Below, piece after piece: positions 39,345-53,001 of a stretch of 55,470 bases of DNA. The position numbers and the translations under genes are program-made. The stretch covers positions 65,654,330 to 65,709,799 of the forward strand of contig NC_068984.1 in the NCBI RefSeq assembly GCF_001194135.2, written 5' to 3'. The notes beneath the pieces are model-generated. The model was not told the DNA's origin and searched no databases. It saw only the letters and a program-made list of their open reading frames with translations. Within the stretch, counting starts at the first letter, position 1, and the number at the start of each line of letters is the position of its first letter. The DNA comes from Octopus bimaculoides (taxonomy: Eukaryota).

Positions 39345-40023
39345 TATTAAGCCAAATACTGTGTTGGTATACGCTATTCTTCACTACAATATTTGAATTT
39401 GAAGACATTTTTTAAATTATGTGAATATGACTTCAGAAATACATTTTGAAGTAGAATTGTTCGGACATTATATTTTCATAAAAGTATCTTTATTGCTTTC
39501 ACTACACCCATTTCATTTTCCTCATATAATCTAGTCAATGTTATGTGCAATTCTGACAATATACGGTTAAAAGCTTAAACTTTAATAAGTAATGTAATTT
39601 AACGCAACACATTTAATTTATAATATTTTATTTCTTACAACTTTGAAATCGAACTAGAAATTGTATAAATTTACAATAAAGGTGAATGTTTTAACTATAG
39701 ATATGTTGTTAATGTCAATGATCTACACTTACCTAGACACTATGCGATTGCAATCAATGGAATTCGACTTTCATTGACAGGTCTCGATTCTATGCATCCA
39801 TTATACCGTTTGAGTATCTAACTCCGAAAATATACTTAAATTCTTTATAACTTTTATATTAAAACCGAGAGAAGAAATTAAGTGTCGACAGGATTTAAAT
39901 TAGAGTGCCAAGGAACAACAACATGGCAATTTCATATAAAATATGTTGCTAAAACCATACCATCCGGCTAATCATTGTAGGTTGTAGGTTCAAATTTTAA
40001 ACTGGATTGTCTCCTTGTGAAAT

Positions 40024-40177
40024 TCACTTCTTGCTTCCGTCAACTAAACTACTACGGGTGATAGCCGGGATTTGGCTGAAGCTCTTCCCAACGTAGGTGC
40101 CATATCCTGAGTGTTCCGTCGGGTGAAAGAGAACAGGATCATGATCATAGACTGCCAGATCTTGACCATACAAAAGC
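40024..40177 (-). CDS. Candidate exon 3 (LLYGQDLAVYDHDPVLFHPTEHSGYGTYVGKSFSQIPAITRSSLVDGSKK); ends at TGA 40024 or splices at gtgaat (40027)
   Basis: tattcttttag acceptor, noticeably GC-richer, phase fits exon 2. Confidence 0.5.
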
Positions 40178-40306
40178 CTAAAAGAATAGTGAACTATGAA
40201 ACATTCCAAAGTTATAATCACTCATGTGAAACAGCTGGCTCCAATATACATCTGCAGCAGACATAATATTTTGTTTGTTACACTTGTTTAGTTTGCTTTC
40301 ATTTAC

Positions 40307-40401
40307 CGATATATACATTTGGCATTGTGTACATATAGGTAGGTTAGATGCACTCGAGTAGGGACTTCTGATTTTAGCCATGCCATTTTCTTAGGTCCAA
40401 G
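40307..40401 (-). CDS. Candidate exon 2 (LGPKKMAWLKSEVPTRVHLTYLYVHNAKCIY), phase 0 to 2
   Basis: ccgtcatag acceptor, cg|gtaaat donor, 129-nt intron to exon 3. Confidence 0.45.
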
Positions 40402-41597
40402 CTATGACGGCCGGAGAAAATATTGCTTTTATTCTATATAATAGCTAAATGATTCTACTAGGTGATGCAGTAATGCGGCAGGAACTGAAAACGAATGCTG
40501 ATAAAGTCTTGGACTTCCTGATAGGGAAATTCAAATTAAATTCAGCTGTATTTCCGTTATATGTTATGTGGGGATGTTTTGCTTGTTTTTAGTTAAACAC
40601 AATAATCTTCAGTTACTAAAGTAGAACTAATTTCACATTTAAATTATGTACAATTTTAGATATGTAAAAATTTCACTACTTTTTTTTATTCGTTATCTTT
40701 CCATCATTCTGCATATATGTTCTATTGTATGCGCTTCCTTTGCCGATTTCTTCGTTGCTAAAATGCTACGACCCAAAGACTTTCAGGAAAAAAATATATA
40801 AATCCATACACAATATTTGGTCTTAAACGCTTGCGGCTAATATTACTACATCCATTAATTACATAGACACACATGCATGCATACATACATAAATACATAC
40901 AAACATACATACATACATACATACATACATACATACACACATATGTATTTATGTATGTACGTATATATGTCTCTATATAATATTCCACACGAGGAAATGC
41001 CCACACAGGAGTGTGGCGGGAAAATATTCAACTCTATAGTCAAAGAAGACAATGCTCTTCTATAATTGTATATGAATATAAACTCGGCAACTTTATGCTG
41101 GTACGCGGTGCAAAAACAAATACTGTTACCTTTGAAGCATGATATCTTATATTCTCGTATTATATCATTCTGATATTAAACTCATGCAAAGAGGAGATCC
41201 GCGTGTGTAACCAGTTCCAGAATATACACTACTGCAGAATAACATTTGGCAGCCAAATAACGTCATAGTTGTTCTTAAATGAGCATTACGAGGTTTTTAC
41301 CTGAATTATACTATATGCATATACATATATGCAATATCTTCTTAGGTATCGAACTTATTCGTTTAGCACCTACTCTTGATTAATTGTAGATTGAATAATA
41401 TAATTCACTAATCTTCAATCATACCTCTACATGCTAAGGGCACTGACTCAGTGTGTTTTCTTTCTTTTTGTTTTAGTCGAGTAAGCAACGTCATCTAAAA
41501 TAATATCATACTGCATGTAAACCTAATTTATTATACCTCACAGCTATACAGATAATGAACAGATATGTAAACTGACAAAGAATACCGATTAACTCAC

Positions 41598-41648
41598 CAG
41601 GTGCAATCTTTTCACCAATACAAACATTATCAAGCCCGCTGCCGGCAT
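41598..41648 (-). CDS. Candidate first coding exon (MPAAGLIMFVLVKRLHL)
   Basis: ATG, consensus ctg|gtgagt donor, CpG-containing patch; another frame (KLFSEHNAGSGLDNVCIGEKIAP) is also open. Confidence 0.4.
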
Positions 41649-43099
41649 TATGTTCCGAAAACAACTTACGTCTAGTTTGTAGTTTTCATTTATTAAAGCA
41701 TGGAAGTGGAATAAACTAGCCAATAGTAGTACGGTAATATTCTCTTCAATAAGATTTTATAAGTTTCAAAAGAATATTTGCAGCGAAAGTATAACCCTCA
41801 TTAATAAATTCCTAATCATTTCCTTTCTCTCTTCAGCATATGGCGTAGAAATTCTGTCGAAGTGTCATGCTACATGTAACATCTGAGACATCCAATGACC
41901 AAAGTCAGAACATTACGATTTAAAGTCGAACTCTATAATTATTTCGAGGTGACCGTTCGCATTTAAACTAAAATATGTAATGATAAAGTGGCAGCTTATA
42001 GAAAAGGAACAGAAGGTTTTAAATGCTAAAAATTTTATTCAACAATTGATCATACCGATATCCTTTTCTTTACGAAAATATTTATTTAGGAGTTTAAACA
42101 ATTTGGTAGATAGATTATGATATGTTGAATTAATAATCGATAAATTTCGGTTGAGAGCATGGATAGGATATAAATGTTTATGGTTTAACATGATAAAGTA
42201 AATGGTTAGGTGTCTTTTAAATTATAGAATTATAGAATTTATAAGTAAAATCTTTGTAGTCTCATAGTTACATTTAAGGAAACTTAATATGAGTAACAGT
42301 GAGAAAGAATATCCTGGAGTTGTCTGTATTCTCGCAAGATGGTTTTTGCCTGCTGCACTGCATCCATGTTGACCAAGAGAATCAATAAATATATGTGGTT
42401 TATTAAATTATGTATATAGTAATTTTATTTCATGTTATAAATTATTCAGGAATTTTGAGGTGTTTTTGTCCTCACTATAGGTTTTTAGCTCTGTCATGTG
42501 TACTATCTAAATTAAAATTTATGTGTGAATGTAGGACATTCTGTGTTCAGAGTTGGTTACTATATTTTAGTCGATGATTATAATTATTTGTATATATATT
42601 TGTTTATATTGTATATATTCGTCGAAGTGTTGTGGTTATAGCGTATTTCTTCTGATGAATTTAAGATCTTCATAATTATTTATGATAGGCTGACTTATTT
42701 TTTTTACATGACATATAATTCTTGATTCATTTTGATAATTATTGATTTTGTAATTTATTTAATTAAATCATATGTTAAAAGCAATCAGGTTAAATGTTTC
42801 TTACTAAGTATGATACAAACTGAAAATATTTGGTTTCTCTATTTACTGACAGCATTAGATTATGTATTTCTAAGGCTGATTAACGTTAACGGAAGTGGTG
42901 ATTTTGCTTATAAGTGATATTGAAATCTATTACAGAACTTAACAAGAAATCCCTTTTTTTTTCTTAAGATTATCCTTCGGTCTGTTATGTATTTCAAAAT
43001 AATGTGTATAACGGTATTCTTTCTACACAAGGTTTTATTCTATAACTCATCAAATCTCTGATAATACAGGCACGTTATAACCTAGCAATAATATTAATT

Positions 43100-43217
<118 letters not shown>

Positions 43218-43729
43218 ATGCCCGGATGCAGTACCAGGCAGTGGCTCTCATGGCTTCTGATCTTAATTGATTGGAAGTGTTATCATGTACATTGTTTTGT
43301 TTTGGTATAAAAGATGGACTACAGTAAACATTCTGCTTAATACCACAGATTTGCTTGTCAGTTGTTTGACCTTAACCAGTTGAGCATGTCCCTTGGAGGC
43401 TGATGATATATGCATCTCTGATCATGAGCAGAAGTAGTTGGGGAGCATCATAGCCATGTGTTGAGAGAAATTCTTTGGGGTTTGAATAATTCACTTTTGG
43501 TAACATGGGTGTTTTGCTCAACATACTTAAAGAAACCTTATTCAGGGACCTTTTGAGCGGGATGGGCTAATCGACCTGAAGAAAATTCTAACTGGGCCCC
43601 ACCTGCGAGGTCATGCGATGTTTATCTTGATACGAGATCACCATGTCGCGCACATATGGTTGTGATGCATGTACCTGGTGTACCCTTATCAGACGGGTAG
43701 TCATGATGGCATGCACTGCTCTTTCACTC
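43218..43729. mobile_element. Unclassified interspersed repeat embedded in (AAT)n
   Basis: GC-richer block with sharp edges at TAA arrays on both sides; resembles a common octopus repeat (from memory). Confidence 0.55.
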
Positions 43730-44350
43730 AATAATAATAATAATAATAATAATATTAATATTAATAAAAATAATAATAATAATGATGATGATAATACTCC
43801 CACCTTCACACCTAATTCACAGAGGAGAACTAATGAAGACATTTTAAACTCTGAGTACCAAATACAAGTGAATAAATCCCTGAGTAACTCTCACAAAAAA
43901 TTATATGCCTTTTAGAAAATCAATGTTTAAGGGAACATATAGTATATTAGAGATATTATATAGGCTCAACTGCTACAAGTTTGCAATCTATATTTCATAA
44001 ACATTGTCATTCATTGTCATTCATTAAGAAAGAAAAAAAATTCTACAAATTTTAGTAAATGGATTGGGATTTAAAGGATAAGAACATTAAATACAATTTA
44101 AAATGGTTCATTTTATGCAGAAGCGTTCAATATTGGTAATTCTACATGTGATTTTTGCCTTCAAGAAATGTATTGTATAATTACTTCGCAAGTAATTTTA
44201 TTCACTTATAATGGAAATTTTACAATAAGATGTGGCCATAAATTTAGAAAGCAGTTCCAATATTTCAATTTTTTTAATTATAAAAAATTTACAAATATTA
44301 AATAACAACGATCATACTAACAAATATTCAATAACGGTAAATAGATAACT

Positions 44351-46401
44351 AATTTCCGTTAGTTTCAATTACTTTCCGTTAATTTCCGTTAGTTTCCGTT
44401 AGTTTCCATCAGTTTCCGTTACTTTCCGATAGTTTCCGTTAGTCTCCGTTACTTTACGTTAGTTTCCGTTAGTTTCGTTAGTTTCTGTTAGTTTCCGTTA
44501 CTTTCTGTTATTTCCGTTAGTTTCCGTTTTTTCCGTTACTTTCCGTTACTTCCCGTAGTTTTGTTACTTTCCGTTAGTTTCCGTTACTTTCCAATACTTC
44601 CCGTTAGCTTCCGTTAGTTTCCGTTAGTTTCCGTTAGTCTCCGTTACTTTCCGTTACTTTCCGTTAGTTTTCGTTAGTCTCCGTTAGTTTTCGTTAGTTT
44701 CCGTTACTTTCCGTTAGTCTCCGTTAGTTTCCGTTAGTTTCCGTTTGTTTCCGTTAGTTTCCGTATCTCTCCGTTACTTTCCGTTAGTTTCCGTTAGTTT
44801 CCCTTACTTTCCATTAGTTTCCGTTACTTTCCGTTAGTTTCCGTTACTATATATTAGTTACCGTTACTTCCCGTTAGTTTCCGTTATTTCCGTTAGTTTC
44901 CGTTAGTTTCCGTTATTTTCCGTTACTTTCCGTTAGTGTCCGTTACTTTCCGTTAGTTTCCGTTAGTTTCCGTTTCTTTCGTTACTTTCCGTCACTTTCC
45001 GTCACTTTCCGTTAGTACCCGTTAGTTTCCGTTAGTTTCCGCTAGTTTCCGTTTGTTCCCGTTAGTTTCCGTTATTTTCCGTTACTTTCCGTTATTTTCC
45101 GTTGCTTTCCGTTACGTTCCGTTAGTTTCCGTTAGTTTCCGTTAGATTCCGTTAATTTCCGTTACTTTCCGTTAGTTTCCGTTACTTTCCGTTAGTTTCT
45201 GTTATTTCCGTTAGTTTCCGTTATTTCTGTTACTCTCAGTTAGTTTCCGTTACATTCCGTTAGTTTCCGATATTTCCATTACTTTCCGTTAGTTTCGTTT
45301 AGTTTCCGTTACTTTCCGTTACTCTCAGTTAGTTTCCGTTACTTTCCGTTTCTTTCCGTTTCTTTCCGTTACTTTCCGTTAGTTTCCGTTACTTCCCGTA
45401 GTTTTGTTACTTTCTGTTAGTTTCCGTTACTATCCATTACTTCCCGTTAGCTTCCGTTAGTTTCCGTTACTTTCCGTTAGTCTCCGTTAGTTTCCGTTAG
45501 TTTCCGTTTGTTTCCGTTAGTGTCCGTTAGTTTCCGTATCTCTCCGTTACTTTCCGTTAGTTTCCGTTAGTTTCCCTTACTTTCCATTAGTTTCCGTTAC
45601 TTTCCGTTAGTTTCCGTTACTATCTATTAGTTTCCGTTACTTTCCGTTACTTTCCGTTATTTCCATTAGCTTCCGTTACTTTCCGTTAGTGTCCGTTACT
45701 TTCCGTTAGTTTTCGTTTCTTTAGTTACTTTCCGTCACTTTCCGTTAGTACCCGTTAGTTTCCGTTACTTTCCGATACTTTCCGTTACGTTCCGTTATTT
45801 TCCGTTAGTTTCCGTTACTTTCCCTTAGTTTCCGTTAATTTCCGTTAGTTACCGTTACTTTCCGTTAGTTTCCGTTACTTTTCGTAAGTTTCTCTTATTT
45901 CCGTTAGTTTCCGTTATTTCCGTTACTCTCAGTTAGTTTCCGTTACTTTCCGTTACTCTCAGTTAGTTTCCGTTACTTTCCGTTAGTTTCCGTTTCTTTC
46001 CGTTACTTTCCGTTAGTTGCCGTTACTTCCCGTTAGTTTCCGTTAGTTTCCGTTATTTCCCGTTAGTTTCCGTTAGTTTCCGTTAGTTCCCGTTAGTTTC
46101 CGTTACCTTCCGTTAGTTTCCGTTAGTTTCCGTTTCTTTCCGTTACTTTCCGTTAGTCTCCGTTAGTTTCCGTTAGTTTCCGTTACTTTCCGTTACTTTC
46201 CGTTAGTTTCCGTTACTTTCCGTTACCTTCCGTTAGTTTCCGTTAGTTTCCGTTAGTTTCCGTTAGTTTTCGTTACTTTCCGTTAGTTTCCGTTACCTTC
46301 CCTTAGTTTCCGTTACTTTCCGTTAGTTTCCGTTACTTTCCGTTAGTTTCAGTTACTTTCCGTTGGTTTCCGTTGCTTTCTGTTACTTTCCGTTAGTTTC
46401 A
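44351..46401. repeat. 10-bp minisatellite (G/C)TTTCCGTTA, roughly 200 units
   Basis: Direct reading. Confidence 0.97.
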
Positions 46402-46766
46402 GACATTTTCATCAAACTAAATCTTGTGACGTAACGTATCTAAGTTTCTATTATCATAACGTAGAATCCTTACTTTATTTTGTATTCTATAGTTATCCAG
46501 TGAGTCACCAACAGTTGTTTAAAAAATGAATTATGTTAAATATGTTTCTGTTTGTTTTATTTTTATAAAACTTTTTAGTTATCCAATGATGTCACCATTA
46601 GTTGAGTCAATGAATGTCTCGATTTAGGCGTTTCTCTTGCTAATGTTTATAAACTGGCAACTTATCAGATGTTCAAATGAAGTTTTGAATTTCACAAAAT
46701 TTGGATAGACTCGATGATATTGCATCAATGCATTTTCGAAGATATTAATACTAATTTTAATGATAT

Positions 46767-46832
<66 letters not shown>

Positions 46833-47407
46833 TCAGCGCGCGTGTGTGTGTTCAGTGTATGTAAAGAAGATTATTACAAACATATTAGCATTGGTACAAA
46901 ATTGTAAAAAGGAAACTATTAAATATCAAAATAAGAGAAGAGGATAGTAGGCGTCGCATGATAGTCGAATGATGCTTGTTAAACCGGCTAAATTGCACTT
47001 TTTTGAATTGAGTACACACAATAAGGCAATAATTGTACATGAAAGGTAAATAACAATTTCATTTTACCAAAAATAACTTTTTACTCGATTTTGGAAATTT
47101 AATGTACGACTACAAAATCGTAACGTTCTAACTACTCCGTAATGTTATATAACTGTTGTGATGGAACCTTTCAATATTTTGTATATTGCTATAAGGGTTG
47201 AGATCTCAACGCATACGATTGTAGGCCGAATTGTATTCAACTAATGCAGCTTGAAAATTGTTCCCTACAAAAATGCTCTCTGCTCTTGGTCACGCAGTTT
47301 AACTGTTCCCTTTATTCTAACGTGATGGCTTTAAAATTAATCAACGAAGACGTGCTCATAGTCAATAATCTTTTATAAATACATACATACATATATATAT
47401 ATATATA

Positions 47408-47668
47408 NNNNNNNNNNNNNNNNNNNNNNNNNNNNNNNNNNNNNNNNNNNNNNNNNNNNNNNNNNNNNNNNNNNNNNNNNNNNNNNNNNNNNNNNNNNNN
47501 NNNNNNNNNNNNNNNNNNNNNNNNNNNNNNNNNNNNNNNNNNNNNNNNNNNNNNNNNNNNNNNNNNNNNNNNNNNNNNNNNNNNNNNNNNNNNNNNNNNN
47601 NNNNNNNNNNNNNNNNNNNNNNNNNNNNNNNNNNNNNNNNNNNNNNNNNNNNNNNNNNNNNNNNNNNN
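47408..47668. other. Assembly gap
   Basis: N run between (TA)n and (TG)n. Confidence 1.
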
Positions 47669-47672
47669 TGTG

Positions 47673-47722
<50 letters not shown>

Positions 47723-48177
47723 GATGACAAATTATGAGCAGAAAATTTTATTGTTCAGAAGGCTTTTAATGAATTGTCAGAGATTCCATCAGATTCAGAG
47801 ATACGTTTACCACCGTTTCAATTCGGAACATAAAATGAGAGATGTGGAATCCTCTAAAGAATTTACAGGTTGGACAAGGCACAAATAGTGAATGCAAAGT
47901 TCCAGATATTGTGTAGTTTGAGCGTGGCCGCAAAGTCACATTCGTTTCAAAGGAAAAGTCATCAAGTTTTATCGCTACAAACTCGTACAGATGAAAACAC
48001 ACAGCGAAAATTAAACTTGACTAAACCACAACTATATTTTGTAACCTGCTCAATTAATCGTGCTGTGGTTTTTTCGGAGTTGAAATAATGGAGGTAATGA
48101 AACACAGATTAGTATCACAACAAATAAAGCCTCAGCTCACAAAAGAAATAGTGCAATGAATAAAATAGCGCTTGAAA

Positions 48178-48236
48178 GAAAATAATAATAATAGCAATAA
48201 TAATACTAATAATGATAATGATGATGATGATGATGA

Positions 48237-48309
<73 letters not shown>

Positions 48310-48326
48310 GATGATGATGATGATGA

Positions 48327-48405
<79 letters not shown>

Positions 48406-48416
48406 GATGATGATGA

Positions 48417-48512
<96 letters not shown>

Positions 48513-48520
48513 CGATGATG
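48178..48520. repeat. Compound (AAT)n(GAT)n(AGT)n array repeated three times
   Basis: Direct reading. Confidence 0.95.
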
Positions 48521-50495
48521 ATAAACGCAACATTACTGAGAAAACGAAAATCTCCAAAACGTTGCTGAATCATGCACATCGCAAATGGAAAAAAGTAAAA
48601 ATGCTATCAGGCAAAATAAAAATATATCCAGGCAATACTTAATAGATTTAACACAAGTTATGAGTGAAAGTAAACAATAAATGTCATCAATCAAAAACAG
48701 TTACGATATTAAAGTTATCATGTAAATATTGATTCTGATGGACCAGCACAAAAATACTAGCCATTAATACAGGCTAAGAAACACAGCATCAAATAAGGGG
48801 AACACCCATGTTCTCTAATAAACATTGGCCAACAGAAACGCCACCAATAAATTGTAGATCAATAGGAGCACAATCAATACACGTGGATCAAGAGGAATAC
48901 CATGAATATACATATATCAAAACAATAACTATCAAATCCATTAACATGGCCGAGAGAAATACTACCATGATGCATGCATCAGTAGAAACACTATCAGATG
49001 AGATGAGAATTCACCAACAAAAGTCATTCGGGAGAAACATCATCAATAAATATATACAACCTGAACTAGCTCATGTAAACATGAAAAAGCAAAATAGCTA
49101 TCAATAAAGTGATTCGACACTAGCACTATCAACTTATATGAGTGTAAGAAACAAATATTGAGGCACTATGAATAAATATCGTTGAGAAGAAACAAATCCA
49201 TGATATAAAATAAGCTAATACATAATCTCCTATGGGACTTGTGACCTTCTAAATATAGAAGCCAACTATCATTCTGCTAAAACACTGTTTAGATGTATTC
49301 TGTTTCATAAAACATTCAAAGATCCGATAATGATGTATAGCATACATTTCCTGAAACTTGAGGCTTCAAAAAAAAAAAAAATACACAATAAGACAAATAC
49401 ACTAGTTCAAGACAAAAAAAGAAAATCTTATGGCTATATTCGTGTAATGTCAACAAAGCAGCAGAGTATAATAAATAGTGTATATAAATGTAATTTCTAC
49501 CGTGATCCAGAAGGAAAGAAGGGAAATATTTTTCTACCGTTTAATGCTTTAATAGCGAGCCATTGACAAGCCTACAGTGATAGACCTCTTTTATTTTAAG
49601 GGCTTTTATGAAAGAAGAGAAAGATTTTGAATATAAAATCGCCCTGCACTACCATGCAATAAAGCTCGATAAATTTTAGAAATAATAGGGGTTTTTCACA
49701 CAAGCAATAAAATTCTTTCTATATCATGTGGAGAAATAAGTTTCACAACTGAGAAAAAGTGGAGGTATGAGACTCAACACAAGCAGCTTCTGGAAAATAT
49801 CTGTCGAACAATAAAAATAATATAAGAACATATAACAGTTATATGTACGAACAATGCAAGAAAAAAAAAGAAAGACAGAAAGAAAAAAGACCGCCCCAAT
49901 GAAGAAAGCGCGAACAATCCCAACAGTAGAACTTTAAATGTTTGGCAGGTATTTTCTATTTTGTAATATCTTGTTTATTGTTTATCATACTATTGTTAAT
50001 GGTGGAGTACCCTATGGTTCCCTTCATTTTAAAAACTTTACATACATGGTATGAATTCAATCGTAATATGTTGAAATATGTTCACTGCAAGAGGAAACAT
50101 CATTACATCATTACATGCAAGATTTAAGAAGACGATCGCTTACATGGTAAATGCGATTTAAGAACACTTATACATTTGCGACTTCTGCTGTCCTATTAGT
50201 TTTGTCAAGATCACTCACATTACGTCAACATCACAATTAACTACTATTTACTTATTTTAGCTACGGTGATTCTATCCATATCAAATTATTTAAGGACTGT
50301 TTTATTAATAGCATGCACGAAATGAAAATACATTTCTCCTAAATACTCTCGTTTAATACAAATGCTTCAATGACATTGAACGAACAGTTGGTTCCATAAA
50401 GCAATCTGCGAAAGATATCAGTCATACTATTCTTTTTTCGTATGTGTATTTCGTGTGCAAGATTCTTGATGTGGATACGTGTGTTGAAAGAAATA

Positions 50496-50681
50496 CAATT
50501 AAACCCTGGGAGAGGCATTATGCCGGTAATAAACACACGCACTGGTTCAGTCCTTTATTAATACTGAAGAGATTGCAAGAGTGCAATGAAATAATTTAAC
50601 AAAAAACTATATAAATTAATAAAGGACTGAACCAGTGCGTGTGTTTATTACCGGCATAATGCCTCTCCCAAGGTTTAATTG
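50496..50681. mobile_element. Tc1/mariner-pogo type MITE, about 67-bp TIRs, TA flanks
   Basis: ta|caattaaaccctgggagagg...cctctcccaaggtttaattg|ta; one mismatch between arms, 52-nt spacer. Confidence 0.85.
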
Positions 50682-52548
50682 TATACTATTCTTTATTTTC
50701 TCAGTTTTATATACTGGAATGCATTGTGTGTGGATTAGGATATTAATGAGGGACTTATAATTGTTTTATATTTTCATAGTTGACAAAATTTTGTATAAAC
50801 GAAAGCAGAATTATTTTACAATGGCTAAAAATAATGTGTGACGGTAAAACGTAGTCAAGTGGTGTAAGCGCTTGATGAATTGTACGTGAAATCTGACTAT
50901 TTCATAAGACCATTACTAAGCAAGATTTTTCCTCTGCAGAAGCGTATTACCTGGTTCAGAAATCCACTGCTGTACACATACTATCAGAGCGTCCGAATGA
51001 AGCTACAATTATTTGTGAAATCTATGGACCGGTTGCATGTTTTCTTCAAGTGTTTGATAAGTAAAACTCATGTGCTTTAGAAAGCAAAATTTCCATATAA
51101 TTGCCAAAGGCAAAAATATATTATAAACAACTGTTAGAAGTTTGAGCGAGTATCAAAAAAATTTCAGAATATTAAATGTCTGAACAATTCTGCTTCAAAT
51201 ATGTTTAATTCAGGGAATAGTGAAAATCATTTCAATCTGCACAATGTTCTGATGGAACAACTTCCGTTAATTTGAAAGGAATTGTTTATGTGGATAATAT
51301 CAAGGAATCTAGGCATTCAGTCAATTGACGCTAAAGGACAATCGTATTACACGTATTTATAAGAAATTTAACTAAAAAATCTTTGGAATTCTGACACTCT
51401 AAAATTGTAATTTCTAATTGTTTTTATTTTGAATTAGTCTGTGCAGACCTTGAGTAGATACCTGTAACAAGTTTCTGAACTACTCATCATATTGATCATT
51501 GTTATGAAGTGTAAACTAGATGCGTTGAAATAAAATGGACACTATATTCCAATTAATTCTCGAAATCAGCTGAACATATTATATACACTGAACATTTATA
51601 CATTTATTGTGTTGCTATTTATAATTTATTGTCTTTATAATTGTATGTGTAGGTTTTCCATTTCAAGTCAGAATGTCTTAAACCCTAATTATATAACTAT
51701 ACTAGGAAAATAAATCGTCTATATATAAGCATTTAGCTGATAGGAAAATACAGGTTTTCATGGAAGCGACTGCGATAAGAGGATATTAAAAAAAAGTTAG
51801 CACTATACGTTTTGCAGTCATTCTAGATGCATAATTATCAGAAAAAAAACTACAAACAGTAATATCTATTCATTTTCAATTCCCGCGTGTTAGATTCGGT
51901 AAACACAATCAGATCACTCCTTTTTTTGTCTTTGTTTGTTTGTTCCTTTTTTCGTCATCGGGGAACAGCTCTCTTAATAAGATGTCTTGTCAGAATAAAA
52001 AATATATTGGTGTTAGTGGAGGCTGAGATAAGGCGATGTGTTTCGAACATATTCCCTGTTTTCTGAATCAGTTTCCTGAAAGCCACCAAGTTCTATTTTA
52101 TAGAGATGGACACAAAAATAATATGCTGATGAATGGTTATGTCTACCGAACGCGTATATGAGATACAAGCATAACAGTGAAACTCCAATCTATAACGTAA
52201 TTATACGTTCTCAAGTCGTTCTGTCAAATTCTGATCGCTGTTGTTTTTTTTTATAATTGGGAACCATATTTTGCCCATTTAATGTCCCCTCTATCGTCGG
52301 TGCCTGATTGGACTAACGTGTCTATCAAGAGTCCAGGCTCTTCAAGTGACACACTGGTGAATTGTGTGTGTTCTGCATGCACATGGTCAAAAGCGATCAC
52401 ATATATGCATTCTATTCTGACAGATTGCTCTTGAATGGGTACGCTATTGTTTTGAAAAGAATAATGTATTGGAATGAAATTAAACTAAAACTCGATCAAA
52501 AAGCATGATCTCTTTTCACGGGAGAATATTTTTAATAGATATTTTAAG

Positions 52549-52706
52549 CATTATTTACAATATTTACATTTGACGGATATTTGTCCTAATCTTGTTTGTT
52601 GTTAACACAACGTTTCGGCTGATATATCCTCCAGCCTTCATCATGTGTCTTGGGGAAATTTCGAACCTGGTTTCTCATTCCTTACGTATTTTCGATGTTG
52701 TTGTTG

Positions 52707-52778
<72 letters not shown>

Positions 52779-52869
52779 TCATTGCCTCGAATCGAACTCG
52801 GGATCTTGGGGTTAGTAGCCCGCGCTCTTAACCCCAAGATTCCGACTTCGATTCCAGGCAATGACCTGA

Positions 52870-52959
<90 letters not shown>

Positions 52960-52961
52960 TT

Positions 52962-53001
<40 letters not shown>

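Noticed and set aside
40100-40177. YDHDPVLFHPTEHSGYGTYV resembling an integrin alpha N-terminus
   Set aside because: Lacks the FG motif and a convincing signal peptide; too short to assign
40236-40338. Plus-strand frame SAADIIFCLL resembling GPCR TM2
   Set aside because: Lies largely in the predicted minus-strand intron; no other TM exons found
26414-41631. Shared 15-mer aatacaaacattatc at 26.4 and 41.6 kb
   Set aside because: Matches of this length are expected by chance in 55 kb of AT-rich DNA
43500-43620. HDV-like ribozyme (GGATGGGCTAAT, CCTCGC motifs)
   Set aside because: Could not build P1, P1.1, P3 and P4 in the required order on either strand
44351-46401. CRISPR-like or telomeric array
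   Set aside because: No unique spacers, no cas genes, eukaryotic context; the unit is not TTAGGG-like and has no G-run strand
48808-49107. 99-aa plus-strand ORF
   Set aside because: No recognisable motif or splice support
52775-52868. Functional tRNA gene
   Set aside because: No acceptor stem or full D arm, mismatched anticodon stem; it is a repeat head
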